NCBI GenBank assembly: GCA_021811235.1
Contig: JAJZPG010000014.1
Location: 5,102 to 69,101 of the forward strand
Source of the DNA: Pseudomonadota bacterium
GTDB lineage: Bacteria > Pseudomonadota > Gammaproteobacteria > Burkholderiales > Thiobacillaceae
DNA: 64,000 bases
Reading direction: 5' to 3'
The position numbers were made by a program, and so were the translations under genes. The notes beneath the pieces were generated by a model. That model did no database searches. It had not been told where the DNA came from and saw only the letters and a list, made by a program, of their open reading frames with translations. Shown piece by piece: positions 28,381 to 38,348 of this stretch. Every line of letters begins with the position of its first letter. Position 1 is the stretch's first letter.

Positions 28381-29483
28381 TGAGCTATCTCAAGGAACCC
28401 GAGTACACCCACGGGCAACAAGCGCGCACCGGCATCCTGCTGGTCAACCTCGGCACCCCCGAGGCGCCCACGGCCCAGGCGCTTCGCCCCTACCTCAAGG
28501 AGTTCCTGTCCGACCCGCGCGTGGTCGAGATCCCGCGCGCCCTCTGGTGGCTGATCCTCAACGGCATTATCCTCAACACCCGGCCGAAGAAATCGGCCGG
28601 GAAATACGCCGCGATCTGGACCGCCGACGGTTCGCCGCTCAAGGTCCACACCGAGAAGCAGGCCAAGCTCCTGAAGGGCTGGCTGGGCGAGAAGATCGCC
28701 TCGCCCTTCATGGTCGAGTACGCAATGCGCTACGGCAATCCCTCGATTCCCGACACGCTGGCGAAGATGAAGGCCGCCGGCTGCGACCGCATCCTCCTCC
28801 TGCCGGCCTACCCGCAGTACGCCGCGTCCTCCACCGCCACCGCCTTCGACATGGCGTTCGACTGGTTTAGGAAGACGCGCAACCAGCCGGCGCTGCGCAC
28901 GCTCAAGCACTACCACGACCACCCCGCCTACATCCACGCGCTCGCCGCCAACATCCGCGACACCTGGCAGATGCACGGCCGCCCCGACGTGCTCGTGATG
29001 AGTTTCCACGGCGTGCCGCGCTACACGCTGGACAAGGGCGACCCCTACCACTGCGAATGCCACAAGACCGGCCGCCTGCTGGCCGAGGCGCTGGGACTCG
29101 AACCGAAGCAATACCGGATCACCTTCCAGTCGCGCTTCGGCCGCGCCGAATGGCTGCAGCCCTACACCGACAAAACGCTGACCGAACTCGGCCGCGAAGG
29201 CGTGGGCCGGGTCGACGTCGTCGCCCCCGGCTTCACCGCCGACTGCCTGGAAACCTTGGAAGAACTGGCGATGGAAGGCCGCGCCAGTTTTCTCGCGGCA
29301 GGCGGCAAGGCCTTCCACTACATCCCCGCCCTCAACGAGCATCCGCAATGGATCGACGCGCTGGGCCAGATCGCCCTCGACAACCTGGGCGGCTGGGTCA
29401 GCGGCAGCTGGGACCGCGACGCCGACGAACAGGCGCGCCAGACCGGCAAGCGCCTCGCCCTGAATCTGGGCGCGCAGCGCTGA
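28380..29483 (+). CDS. hemH: Ferrochelatase
   Basis: [53 protein letters not shown]; TGATG coupling. Confidence 0.97.
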   Translation: MSYLKEPEYTHGQQARTGILLVNLGTPEAPTAQALRPYLKEFLSDPRVVEIPRALWWLILNGIILNTRPKKSAGKYAAIWTADGSPLKVHTEKQAKLLKGWLGEKIASPFMVEYAMRYGNPSIPDTLAKMKAAGCDRILLLPAYPQYAASSTATAFDMAFDWFRKTRNQPALRTLKHYHDHPAYIHALAANIRDTWQMHGRPDVLVMSFHGVPRYTLDKGDPYHCECHKTGRLLAEALGLEPKQYRITFQSRFGRAEWLQPYTDKTLTELGREGVGRVDVVAPGFTADCLETLEELAMEGRASFLAAGGKAFHYIPALNEHPQWIDALGQIALDNLGGWVSGSWDRDADEQARQTGKRLALNLGAQR

Positions 29484-29550
29484 AAAAACCCGCTATAAAA
29501 AAATATCCCTTCTGCACGCCGAAAACCGGGGCTATATAAGAACCCGCTTG

Positions 29551-29579
29551 TTGACAGGGTTTTTCCGCTGGCGAATGAT
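29551..29579 (+). promoter_or_regulatory. sigma70-like promoter of fccAB
   Basis: TTGACA-N17-AATGAT. Confidence 0.5.
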
Positions 29580-29589
29580 TCGGGCCTGA

Positions 29590-29694
29590 ACGGGAAACCA
29601 GGAAGCCCGTTTCAATAGCAACTTCATGACGGTGTCGGACGGGAAACCAAGAAGCCCGTAACAACCGCAGCTTCGGGAATCCGCAAGGTTCCCG
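29590..29694 (+). repeat. Two near-identical 21-nt hairpin units plus a GNRA-capped hairpin in the fccA leader
   Basis: ACGGGAAACCAGGAAGCCCGT (29590-29610), ACGGGAAACCAAGAAGCCCGT (29639-29659), CGGGAATCC-GCAA-GGTTCCCG (29674-29694). Confidence 0.8.
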
Positions 29695-29719
29695 GTTCTT
29701 CATTCGTTTGGAGGAGTCT

Positions 29720-30022
29720 ATGAACAGAAAAACCACCCTGGTGCTCGCGGGTTTCGTGGGCCTCGCCGTCTCCGGCCTGGCCAGCGCCGCCGATATGCAC
29801 ACCCAGTCCATCGCATCCACCTGCATGTCCTGCCATGGCCCCGGCGGCAAGAGCCAGGGCGCCATTCCCAGCCTGGCAGGCCTGGAGAAGGATTACTTCG
29901 TGAAGTCGATGAAGGACTTCAAGGCCGGGACGCGCGCCGCGTCCATCATGAAGCGCCACGCCAACGGCTACACCGACGCTGAAGTCGAAGCCATGGCCGC
30001 CTACTTTGCCAGCCTGAAGTAA
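29720..30022 (+). CDS. fccA: Flavocytochrome c sulfide dehydrogenase, monoheme cytochrome subunit
   Basis: GGAGG RBS, signal peptide, CMSCHG, IPSLAG, SIMKRHA; directly upstream of fccB. Confidence 0.88.
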   Translation: MNRKTTLVLAGFVGLAVSGLASAADMHTQSIASTCMSCHGPGGKSQGAIPSLAGLEKDYFVKSMKDFKAGTRAASIMKRHANGYTDAEVEAMAAYFASLK

Positions 30023-30043
30023 TCCATCGAGGAGACAAGAATC

Positions 30044-31309
30044 ATGACAATCAATCGTCGCGACTTCCTGAAAATTTCCGGCGCCGGCGCCGCCGCAGCC
30101 GCGTTCAGCGGCTGCGCTTCCGTGTCCGGTTCCGCCGCCCGCCCCCACGTCGTCGTGGTCGGTGCCGGCTTCGGCGGCGCCACCTGCGCCAAATACCTGC
30201 GCAAGTGGGGCCCCGACATCGACGTCACCCTGATCGAGCCGAACGACAAGTTCGTGTCCTGTCCGCTCTCCAACTGGGTGCTCGGCGGCCTGCGCAACAT
30301 GGACGACATCACCCACGGCTACGACAGGCTGCCCGGCCACGGCATCAAGATGGTCAAGGACTACGTGGTCGCCATCGACGTCGACAAGCGCGTGGTCAAG
30401 ACCCAGGGCGGCGCCAGCATCGGCTACGACCGCCTCGTGCTCGCCCCCGGCATCGAGATCCTCACCGACACCGTGCGCGGCTTCAAGGAAGCCGAAGCCG
30501 CCGGCAAGGTCGTCCACGCCTGGAAGGCCGGCCCGCAGACCGCGCATCTGCGCAAGCAGCTCGAAGCCATGCCGGACGGCGGCACCTTCGTCATGTCGGT
30601 CCCGGCCGCGCCCTACCGCTGCCCGCCCGGCCCCTACGAGCGCGCCTGCATGGTCGCCCACTACCTCAAGCAGGCCAAGCCCAAGTCCAAGATCATCCTG
30701 CTCGACGGCAATCCCGACATCGTGTCGAAGAAGCCCCTGTTCATGGACGCCTGGAACACCTTCTATCCGGGCATGGTCGACTACCGCCCCAACAACGCCC
30801 CGCTCGCGGTCGACGGCGGCAAGATGACCGTCTCCACCGAGTTCGACGACGTCAAGGGCGACGTGCTGAACGTCGTGCCGAAACAGCGCGCAGGCGCCGT
30901 GTGCGATCTCGTCGGCGCGCGCAACGACAGCAACAAGGCCTGGTGCACCGTCAACCTCGCCACCTTCGAGTCGACCGCGGCGCCCAACGTGCACATCATC
31001 GGCGACTCGGTGCTGTCCAACCTGCCGAAGTCCGGCCACATGGCGACCAACCACGCGAAAGTGTGCGCCGCCGCCATCGTCGAACTGCTCGCCGGCCGCC
31101 AGCCCGACCCCATCCCGGTCGTCGCCAACACCTGCTACTCGGCCACCTCCGGCAGCACCTCCGGCTACGTCGCCAACGTGTTCCGCTACGAAGCCGGCAA
31201 GGGCTACGTCAGCGCACCCGAAGGCGGCGCCACGCCCAAGGGCGACGAGCTCAACTTCACCTACAACGAATCGTGGGCGAAGAACATCTGGGCCGAAGTG
31301 CTGAGTTGA
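30044..31309 (+). CDS. fccB: Flavocytochrome c sulfide dehydrogenase, flavoprotein subunit
   Basis: Tat signal RRDFLK, VVVVGAGFGG, SCPLSN, YRCPPGPYERA, KSGHMA, NTCYS. Confidence 0.92.
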   Translation: MTINRRDFLKISGAGAAAAAFSGCASVSGSAARPHVVVVGAGFGGATCAKYLRKWGPDIDVTLIEPNDKFVSCPLSNWVLGGLRNMDDITHGYDRLPGHGIKMVKDYVVAIDVDKRVVKTQGGASIGYDRLVLAPGIEILTDTVRGFKEAEAAGKVVHAWKAGPQTAHLRKQLEAMPDGGTFVMSVPAAPYRCPPGPYERACMVAHYLKQAKPKSKIILLDGNPDIVSKKPLFMDAWNTFYPGMVDYRPNNAPLAVDGGKMTVSTEFDDVKGDVLNVVPKQRAGAVCDLVGARNDSNKAWCTVNLATFESTAAPNVHIIGDSVLSNLPKSGHMATNHAKVCAAAIVELLAGRQPDPIPVVANTCYSATSGSTSGYVANVFRYEAGKGYVSAPEGGATPKGDELNFTYNESWAKNIWAEVLS

Positions 31310-31325
31310 TCGCGTTGTTGCTGGA

Positions 31326-31359
31326 AATAAAAAACGGGGCTGCGGCCCCGTTTTTTATT
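31326..31359. terminator. Bidirectional intrinsic terminator
   Basis: AATAAAAAACGGGGC-TGCG-GCCCCGTTTTTTATT between convergent genes. Confidence 0.9.
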
Positions 31360-31390
31360 GGTGACGGCGATGGGATCCGTGCCCCGGCAC

Positions 31391-31633
31391 TCAGGGACGC
31401 CTGTCTGCATCCAGCGCGTCGCTCCAGATGTCGTAGGGGCCCTTGGGACGCGGGACCAACGTCAGCAACAGCGACAGATCGGAATACACGTCGGCCGGGA
31501 ATCCGTGGCGGCCGCCCCGGGTGTCGACCAGCAGGTCCTCCAGCTTCGCATAGCATTCGGCCGTGCCCCAGTAGGCCTGTATCTCGGATGCCAGACGTGG
31601 AAACTGCGCTTCGAGCGGACTCAGATCGGACAT
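31391..31633 (-). CDS. Small conserved-looking hypothetical protein (80 aa)
   Basis: FPRL...I..YWGT.EC..KLEDLLVDTRGGRHGFP.DV.S.L pattern; AAGGGG RBS. Confidence 0.65.
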   Translation of the reverse strand: MSDLSPLEAQFPRLASEIQAYWGTAECYAKLEDLLVDTRGGRHGFPADVYSDLSLLLTLVPRPKGPYDIWSDALDADRRP

Positions 31634-31715
31634 GGCTTTCCCCCTTCTGATGCAACTATCCCACTATTTCCTGCATGGCGATTACCGGACCACGGCGGAC
31701 AAACCTGCCCCCTGC

Positions 31716-32216
31716 CTAGGTCCGCTCGTACACCACAAAATCGAACCGCAGCGCATCGCCCTTCTCGCCCAAGTGCGACTCGCGCGAGACTTCCCTGAAC
31801 GCGCTCTTGTCGTACTCCGGAAACCAGGCGTCGCCCGTTGCCTCGAGGTCGACTTCGGTGAGATACAGGCGGTCGGCGAGCGGGATCGCCTGGGCGTAGA
31901 GTTCGGCGCCGCCGATGAAGAAAATTTCGCCGGCGCCCTGGCACAAGGCGATGGCGGCTGGGAGGGAGGCGGCGACGAGGCAGCCGTCCTTGCAGTAGTC
32001 CGGGTTGCGGGTGATGACGATGTTGGTGCGCCCGGGCAGCGGGCGGCCGAGCGACTCGAAGGTCTTGCGGCCCATCAGGATGGGGTGGCCCAGCGTCAGC
32101 GCCTTGAAGTGGGCGAGGTCTTCCGGCAGGCGCCAGGGCAGGCGGTTTTCGATGCCGATGACGCGGTTTCTGGCGAGGGCGGCGATGACGCTGATGCGGG
32201 GTTTGTTCTCGGTCAT
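31716..32216 (-). CDS. folA: Dihydrofolate reductase
   Basis: IAALARNRVIG.EN.LPW.LPEDLAHFK, MGRKTFESLGRPLPGR, IGGAELY. Confidence 0.97.
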   Translation of the reverse strand: MTENKPRISVIAALARNRVIGIENRLPWRLPEDLAHFKALTLGHPILMGRKTFESLGRPLPGRTNIVITRNPDYCKDGCLVAASLPAAIALCQGAGEIFFIGGAELYAQAIPLADRLYLTEVDLEATGDAWFPEYDKSAFREVSRESHLGEKGDALRFDFVVYERT

Positions 32217-32246
32217 GTTTTCTCGATATTTATGCGGAGCACTTGG

Positions 32247-32313
32247 CCTTCGACAAGCCCGGCCAATCAAAGGACTTTTCCAGACAGTCCTTCGACAGGC
32301 TCAGGGCGAACGG
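32247..32313 (+). repeat. CTTCGACA-GCTCAG-type REP elements (one complete, one degenerate)
   Basis: CCTTCGACAAGC (32247-32258) and CCTTCGACAGGCTCAGGGCGAACGG (32289-32313). Confidence 0.7.
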
Positions 32314-32358
32314 TGGTGAGGTTAGTGCCAATTCACACCCCCTTCACCCTTCACGCCT

Positions 32359-33153
32359 TCACACCGCCACCGGCGCCTTGATCGCGGGATGCGGGTCGTA
32401 GCCACTCAAGCTGAAGTCCTCGAAGCGGAAGTCGAAGATATCCTTCACGTCCGGATTGATCGTCATGGTCGGCAGCGGGCGCGGTTCGCGGGAGAGCTGC
32501 TCGCGCGCCTGGTCGAGGTGGTTGAGATACAGGTGGGCGTCGCCCAGGGTGTGGACGAAGTCGCCGGGCTTCAGCCCCGTGACCTGCGCCATCATCAGCG
32601 TGAGCAAGGCGTAGCTGGCGATGTTGAACGGCACGCCGAGGAAGATGTCGGCGCTGCGCTGATACAGCTGGCAGGAGAGCTTGCCGTCGGCGACGTAGAA
32701 CTGGAAGAAGGCATGGCACGGCGCCAGCGCCATCTTGTCGAGGTCGGCGACGTTCCACGCCGAGACGATGATGCGGCGCGAATCGGGGTTGGTCTTGAGC
32801 GTTTTCACCACTTCGCTGATCTGGTCGATCGTTCCGCCGTCGGGCCGGGGCCAGCTGCGCCACTGGTGGCCGTAGACCGGGCCGAGGTTGCCGTTCTCGT
32901 CGGCCCATTCGTCCCAGATCGAGACGCCGTTTTCCTTGAGATATTTGATGTTGGTATCGCCCTGCAGGAACCACAGGAGCTCGTGGATGATCGAGCGCAG
33001 ATGGCACTTCTTGGTGGTGACGAGCGGGAAGCCGTCGGCGAGCGTGTAGCGCATCTGCCAGCCGAACACCGAGAGGGTGCCGGTTCCGGTGCGGTCGTCT
33101 TTGCGGGTGCCGTGCTCGAGCACGTGGCGCATGAGGTCGAGGTAGGGTTTCAT
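32359..33153 (-). CDS. thyA: Thymidylate synthase
   Basis: [51 protein letters not shown]. Confidence 0.98.
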   Translation of the reverse strand: MKPYLDLMRHVLEHGTRKDDRTGTGTLSVFGWQMRYTLADGFPLVTTKKCHLRSIIHELLWFLQGDTNIKYLKENGVSIWDEWADENGNLGPVYGHQWRSWPRPDGGTIDQISEVVKTLKTNPDSRRIIVSAWNVADLDKMALAPCHAFFQFYVADGKLSCQLYQRSADIFLGVPFNIASYALLTLMMAQVTGLKPGDFVHTLGDAHLYLNHLDQAREQLSREPRPLPTMTINPDVKDIFDFRFEDFSLSGYDPHPAIKAPVAV

Positions 33154-33164
33154 GGCGGGTCTGG

Positions 33165-34007
33165 TTAGGGTTGTGCGGGTGCGGCCTGGACCGGCAGATT
33201 ATCGGCGGATACGGTGCTTGCGTTCGGCGCGCCGTCGAAAAACCCCGCCAGGCGGGCGGCCGGTGCCTGGCCGTAGATGTTCCAGAAGGCAATCTCGAAG
33301 TCGGTGTCCGCCTGAATGGCCAGCGCCAGCTGGCGGAAGCGTGCTTCGTCCTGTGCCTTCAGCCAGCCGACCAGCATCATGGATTGGCGGTAGAACTCGA
33401 AGACCTTGAGGTTGGACGCGCTGGCGCGATGGCGCTTGTCGGGCACGTCGCGCACGGCGAGATTGACGCGCTTGCCGGCGCGGATCGCGGCCCAGGCCTG
33501 CGACTCGCTTGCGTATTCGGCGCCGCCGCCGTCGGCGACGAGCGAGGCCCAGCCTTCGTGGAACCATACCGGCAGGGTGCTGTGGTAGTGGCCGATGCGC
33601 TGGCCGAGGTGCAGATGCGCGAGTTCGTGGGTGAGCAGCGCGGGCAGGCGCTGTTTCTCGCGGCCGTCGAGGTTGGGCGACAGGATCAGGCGGTTGTCGG
33701 GCACGACGGCGGCGGACAGCCTGGGCGTCATCACGTAGCGCCGGAAGCAGTCCTCGCTGCCGCACACATGGACGCGCGGGGATCGGGCAAAGGGCAGGTA
33801 GTGCGCCGCCTCGACCTTCGCGATGGCGGCCGGCAACGCGGCGGCGACGCGCGCGCCGTAGGCTTCGTAACCGGGCTCGACCCAGACGCGCGCGTCGTCG
33901 GCCGACTGCACGAAGCTGTCGATGGGGATGCGCGCGCGCGGATCGCTCACGCCGAGCGCGCAGCCCTGCAGCACCGCCAGCACGGCGGCGAGCGCCCACA
34001 GCCTCAT
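33165..34007 (-). CDS. Predicted lipoprotein with an HExxH zinc-peptidase motif (peptidase MA-like)
   Basis: Lipobox [14 protein letters not shown]...PVWFHEGWA; ATGA overlap with bpt. Confidence 0.7.
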   Translation of the reverse strand: MRLWALAAVLAVLQGCALGVSDPRARIPIDSFVQSADDARVWVEPGYEAYGARVAAALPAAIAKVEAAHYLPFARSPRVHVCGSEDCFRRYVMTPRLSAAVVPDNRLILSPNLDGREKQRLPALLTHELAHLHLGQRIGHYHSTLPVWFHEGWASLVADGGGAEYASESQAWAAIRAGKRVNLAVRDVPDKRHRASASNLKVFEFYRQSMMLVGWLKAQDEARFRQLALAIQADTDFEIAFWNIYGQAPAARLAGFFDGAPNASTVSADNLPVQAAPAQP

Positions 34008-34726
34008 GCGTCGAGCACCTGCCAGCGGCCGTCGACCAGTCCTTCCAGCGGCGGGTACTGCTTCTTGTAGGCCATCTTGCGGCTCTCGGCGATCCAGTAG
34101 CCGAGGTAGAGGTAGGGCAGCTCCAGCCGCTTCGCCAGCTCGATCTGCCATAGCACGCCGTATACGCCGAGGCTCTGCTGCTCGCGCGCCGGATCGAAGA
34201 AGGTGTAGACGGCGGAGATGCCGTCGTCGACCTGGTCGATCACCGCGATCATCACCAGTTCGTCGCCGTCGCGGAATTCGACCAGCACGGAATCGACGTT
34301 GGACGACAGCAGGAACTGGGTGTACTGGTCGGGGCCGTCGCGGTCCATGCCGCCGCCGGCGTGACGGCTGCCGAGGTAGCGGCGGTACAGTGCGTAGTGC
34401 TCTTCCTTGAAGTCGAGCGGCAGGAAGCGCGCCGCCAGGTCGCGGTTGCGTTTGAGGCAGCGGCGCTGGGTGCGGTTGGGCACGAAGTGCGCGACGTCGA
34501 CGCGCACCGGCACGCAGGCTTGGCAGTGTTCGCAGTGCGGGCGGTAGGTGAACTGGCCGCTGCGGCGGAAGCCGGCGCGGATCAGGGCGCCGTAGGCATG
34601 GCGGTCGATCAGGTGCGTGGGCGTGGCGACCTGCGAGCGCGCCTGCCGTCCGGGCAGGTAGCTGCAGTCGTAGTGCGCGGTCAGGTAGAACTGGATGCGC
34701 TGGAAGGGAGGTTCGGTCGGATGCAT
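34004..34726 (-). CDS. bpt: Arginyl-tRNA-protein transferase family / Asp-Glu leucyltransferase Bpt
   Basis: CSYLPGR, GFRRSG...[14 protein letters not shown]...[27 protein letters not shown]. Confidence 0.92.
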   Translation of the reverse strand: MHPTEPPFQRIQFYLTAHYDCSYLPGRQARSQVATPTHLIDRHAYGALIRAGFRRSGQFTYRPHCEHCQACVPVRVDVAHFVPNRTQRRCLKRNRDLAARFLPLDFKEEHYALYRRYLGSRHAGGGMDRDGPDQYTQFLLSSNVDSVLVEFRDGDELVMIAVIDQVDDGISAVYTFFDPAREQQSLGVYGVLWQIELAKRLELPYLYLGYWIAESRKMAYKKQYPPLEGLVDGRWQVLDA

Positions 34727-35413
34727 TTAAGCGTCAAACGTCCAGGGCCCGGACAGATGAGGCAAGTTTACCAATTCCGCCAGCCTTGCCGTGAACTCGG
34801 CGCGGGGCAGGGCGCGCGCGCCCATGCTGGCGAGGTGGGCGGTTTCCATCTGGCAGTCGATGAGGCCGAATCCCCACTGCTGCAGCTGCCGCGCCAGCCT
34901 CACCAGCGCGACCTTGGAGGCATCGGGTTCGCGGCTGAACATCGACTCGCCGTAGAACATGCGGCCGATCGCCACGCCGTAGAGGCCGCCGACCAGGCGG
35001 CCGTTGCGCCAGGTCTCGATCGAATGGGCGTAGCCGGCGTCGAACAGGCGGGTATAGGCCGCGATCATCGCCGGCGAGATCCAGGTGCCCGCGGCGCCCT
35101 CGCGCGGTGCGCCACAGGCGCGCATCACCTCGGCGAAGGCGCTATCTACGCGCAGCTCGAAGCCGGCGTTGCGCAGACGCTTGGCGAGCGAACGGGTGAC
35201 GCGCACCTCGCCCGGCACCAGCACCATGCGCGGGTCCGGGCTCCACCACAGGATGGGCTCGCCGGGGTTGAACCAGGGGAAGATGCCGTGGCGGTAGGCG
35301 TCGAGCAGGCGCGCCGGCGACAGGTCGCCGCCCATCGCCAGGAGGCCGTTGGGATCGGCGAGCGCGGTTTCGACCGGGGGAAAGTACGAGGCGGTCTGAA
35401 AACGTTCGGTCAT
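34727..35413 (-). CDS. aat: Leucyl/phenylalanyl-tRNA-protein transferase
   Basis: GLLAMGGDLS, AYRHGIFPW, WWSPDPR, GGLYGV..G.MFYGESMFS, DCQM. Confidence 0.96.
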   Translation of the reverse strand: MTERFQTASYFPPVETALADPNGLLAMGGDLSPARLLDAYRHGIFPWFNPGEPILWWSPDPRMVLVPGEVRVTRSLAKRLRNAGFELRVDSAFAEVMRACGAPREGAAGTWISPAMIAAYTRLFDAGYAHSIETWRNGRLVGGLYGVAIGRMFYGESMFSREPDASKVALVRLARQLQQWGFGLIDCQMETAHLASMGARALPRAEFTARLAELVNLPHLSGPWTFDA

Positions 35414-35635
35414 GCCGTCATGGTAGCGGAATCGCGGGCCTGCCGAATGGGCTTGCATTCCAAACAGCGTCTATATTATGATATGTATATCTTCAATGCT
35501 GCTATCGTGCTTGCGACACGGTTAGACGGAAAACGGGTCCCTCCCCTGCCCGCTCCTATAATGACCGGTTTGACAGTGAGCACGGATGAACCCTCGCAGG
35601 GCGCATTCCAGCCGGGAACAGGGCAGTAAGGAAGA

Positions 35636-35851
35636 ATGGCGACAGCAACCGCAACGTGTAAACCAACCGGAGTGACGCCGGAGCCACAAGCATCGGCGTC
35701 AGGCTTGCCGACCCGGGCATCTACCCGATGCCCCGGGATGCCGGCTTCCGATTCCGGAATTGAAAACGAGTTGTTCTTGACGCCAGCGACCCGCCCGACC
35801 TCTCTCCCGGGCCCGTCGCGCTACAGCGTCCTCTTGCGGGGCGATTCGTGA
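35636..35851 (+). CDS. Possible small ORF upstream of ccoI (71 aa)
   Basis: AAGGAAG RBS before the ATG and GTGA overlap with the ATPase start, but low-complexity sequence. Confidence 0.3.
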   Translation: MATATATCKPTGVTPEPQASASGLPTRASTRCPGMPASDSGIENELFLTPATRPTSLPGPSRYSVLLRGDS

Positions 35852-38343
35852 GTTCCTCTCCTACGCTCACGGACGCCCCGGTTTTTTCGGACGGCTGTTT
35901 CCATTGCGGCCTGCCGGTGCCCGCAGGCGCCCACTACCCCATCCAGTTCGAAGGCCAGACCAGGGAAGCCTGTTGTCGCGGCTGCCAGGCGGTGGCGCAG
36001 ACCATCATCGACAGCGGCCAGGGCGCCTATTACACCCATCGCACCGCGCTGCCCGCCACCCCGCGCGAGGCCGAGGCCGAACTGGCGCAGCTGGGCCTGT
36101 ACGACCTGCCCGAGATCCAGGAAAGCTTCGTGCGGGTGGAAGCGGAGAACATCCGCGAGGCGGCGCTCATCCTGGAAAACATCGTCTGCGCCGCGTGCAT
36201 CTGGCTCAACGAGCGCCACATCGCGGGGCTGCCGGGGGTGCTGTCGGTCGAGATCAACTATGCCACCCGCCGCGCGCGGGTGCGCTGGGACAACAGCCGC
36301 ATCCAGCTGTCGGCCATTTTGAAGGCCGTGTCCGACATCGGCTACATCGCCCACCCCTTCGACCCGGGCCGCTCCGACGACGTCTACAAGCGCGAGCGCA
36401 ACACCGCGATCAAGCGCCTGGCGATCGCCGGCCTCGGGATGATGCAGGTGATGATGTACGCGCTGCCGGCCTACACCGCGACCGACATGACCGACGAGAT
36501 CCGGCTCCTGATGCGCTGGGCGAGCCTGATCCTGACCATCCCGGTGGTGGTGTATTCGGCGTGGCCGTTCTTCATCGGCGCCTGGCGCGACCTCAAGCGC
36601 CGCACGCTGGGCATGGACGTGCCGGTCGCGCTCGGCGTCGGCACCGCCTTCGTCGCCAGCGTCTACAGCACCTTCTCCGGCCACGGCGAGGTCTACTACG
36701 ATTCGGTCACCATGTTCATCTTTTTGCTGCTCACCGGGCGCTTCCTCGAGATGAACGCGCGCCGGCGCGCCGGCGCCGCGGTCGAGGAACTGGTCAAGCT
36801 CATCCCCGCCGCCACCACGCGGCTGCCCAACTGGCCCGCCCGCGACGAGGAACAGGTGCCGGTCGCGCGGCTGACGGTCGGCGACCACGTGCTGGTGCGC
36901 CCCGGCGAGACCCTGCCCGCCGACGGTGTGGTGGTCGAGGGCGTCAGCGCGGTGAGCGAGGCGATGCTCACCGGCGAATCGCTGCCGGTGTCGAAAAGCG
37001 TCGATGCGAAGGTGGTCGGCGGCAGCCTCAACCAGGCGAGCCCGCTGGTGGTGCAGGTGGAGAAGCTCGGCGCCGACACCCGGCTGGCCTCGATCGTGCG
37101 CCTGCTCGACCGCGCGCAGAGCGAGAAGCCGCGCATCGGCCAGCTCGCCGACCGCGCCGCGGCGTGGTTCGTCGGCCTGCTGCTCGTGATCACCGCGGCG
37201 GTCGGCGTGGCGTGGTACGTCGTCGATCCGTCGAAGGTGCTGTGGATCGTGGTGTCGATCCTGGTCGTCACCTGCCCCTGCGCGCTCGGCCTCGCCACCC
37301 CCGCCGCGCTCACCACCGGCACCGGGCGCCTGACGCGGCTGGGCCTCTTGACCACGCGCGGCCACGCGCTGGAGACGCTGGCTAGGGCGACGGATCTGGT
37401 GTTCGACAAAACCGGTACCCTCACCCACGGCCGCCTGTCGGTGCGCCGCGTGGTGCCGCTGGGCGGGCGCAATGCGGACGAGGTGAGCGCGATCGCCGCC
37501 GCGCTGGAAGCCGGCTCCGAGCACCCGATCGCGCGTGCGCTGCGCGACGCCTGCAGTTCGGTGCTCACCGCCAGCGGCATCCGCAACACGCCGGGGCGCG
37601 GCGTCGAGGGCACGATCGACGGCCGCAACTACCGTCTCGGCACGCCGCGCTTCGCCGCCAATGGCGACGCCCCGCCTGCGGCGCCGGCTTCCGACTCCGG
37701 GGAAAGCTGGGTCGCGCTCGCCGCGGAAAGCGAACTGATCGCCTGGTTCGCGCTCGCCGACACGCCACGGCCGGACGCCGCCGCCGCGCTCGCCGCGCTG
37801 CAGAAGCAGGGCCTGCGCCTGCACCTGCTGTCGGGCGACGCCGAGCCCGCCGTCAAGGCGGTGGCGCAGCAACTCGGCATCGCCGATTGGCACGCCGGCG
37901 CGCTGCCGGAAGACAAGCTCGCCTACGTGAAAATGCTGCAGGACGACGGCCGCATCGTCGCCATGGTCGGCGACGGCATCAACGACGCCCCGGTGCTCGC
38001 CGGCGCGCAGGTGTCGATCGCGATGGGCGAAGGCGCCGACGTCGCACAGGCCGCCGCCGACATGGTGATGCTCGGCAGCCGGTTGGGGACCCTGTCCGAA
38101 GGCGTCGCCCTGGCGCGCAAGACGCAGCGCATCATCCGCGAAAACCTCGGCTGGGCGCTCGCCTACAACCTCGTCGCCATCCCCGCCGCCGCGCTCGGTC
38201 ACGTCACGCCCTGGATCGCCGGCATCGGCATGTCGGCCAGCTCGCTGCTGGTGGTGCTGAACGCGCTGAGGCTGTCCGACTTCAAGTCCGGCGCCGCCCC
38301 CTCGGCCGCGCCTACCGGCTCACCGCTCACCGCTTCCCGCTAA
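35848..38343 (+). CDS. ccoI: Cu-translocating P1B ATPase, CcoI/FixI type
   Basis: CFHCGLPV...CCRGC, HMA CAAC, TGES, CPC, DKTGT, SEHP, GDGINDAP. Confidence 0.9.
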   Translation: MSSSPTLTDAPVFSDGCFHCGLPVPAGAHYPIQFEGQTREACCRGCQAVAQTIIDSGQGAYYTHRTALPATPREAEAELAQLGLYDLPEIQESFVRVEAENIREAALILENIVCAACIWLNERHIAGLPGVLSVEINYATRRARVRWDNSRIQLSAILKAVSDIGYIAHPFDPGRSDDVYKRERNTAIKRLAIAGLGMMQVMMYALPAYTATDMTDEIRLLMRWASLILTIPVVVYSAWPFFIGAWRDLKRRTLGMDVPVALGVGTAFVASVYSTFSGHGEVYYDSVTMFIFLLLTGRFLEMNARRRAGAAVEELVKLIPAATTRLPNWPARDEEQVPVARLTVGDHVLVRPGETLPADGVVVEGVSAVSEAMLTGESLPVSKSVDAKVVGGSLNQASPLVVQVEKLGADTRLASIVRLLDRAQSEKPRIGQLADRAAAWFVGLLLVITAAVGVAWYVVDPSKVLWIVVSILVVTCPCALGLATPAALTTGTGRLTRLGLLTTRGHALETLARATDLVFDKTGTLTHGRLSVRRVVPLGGRNADEVSAIAAALEAGSEHPIARALRDACSSVLTASGIRNTPGRGVEGTIDGRNYRLGTPRFAANGDAPPAAPASDSGESWVALAAESELIAWFALADTPRPDAAAALAALQKQGLRLHLLSGDAEPAVKAVAQQLGIADWHAGALPEDKLAYVKMLQDDGRIVAMVGDGINDAPVLAGAQVSIAMGEGADVAQAAADMVMLGSRLGTLSEGVALARKTQRIIRENLGWALAYNLVAIPAAALGHVTPWIAGIGMSASSLLVVLNALRLSDFKSGAAPSAAPTGSPLTASR

Positions 38344-38348
38344 CCGCC

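Noticed and set aside
29560-29615. Partial resemblance to a ZTP (pfl) riboswitch (CTGGCGAA...GGGAAACC)
   Set aside because: The 3' CGCCTGGGC pseudoknot partner is absent and the downstream genes are unrelated to purine or folate metabolism.
29590-29659. Two 21-bp repeats considered as a mini CRISPR array
   Set aside because: Only two units, no cas genes, and they sit in a promoter/leader position.
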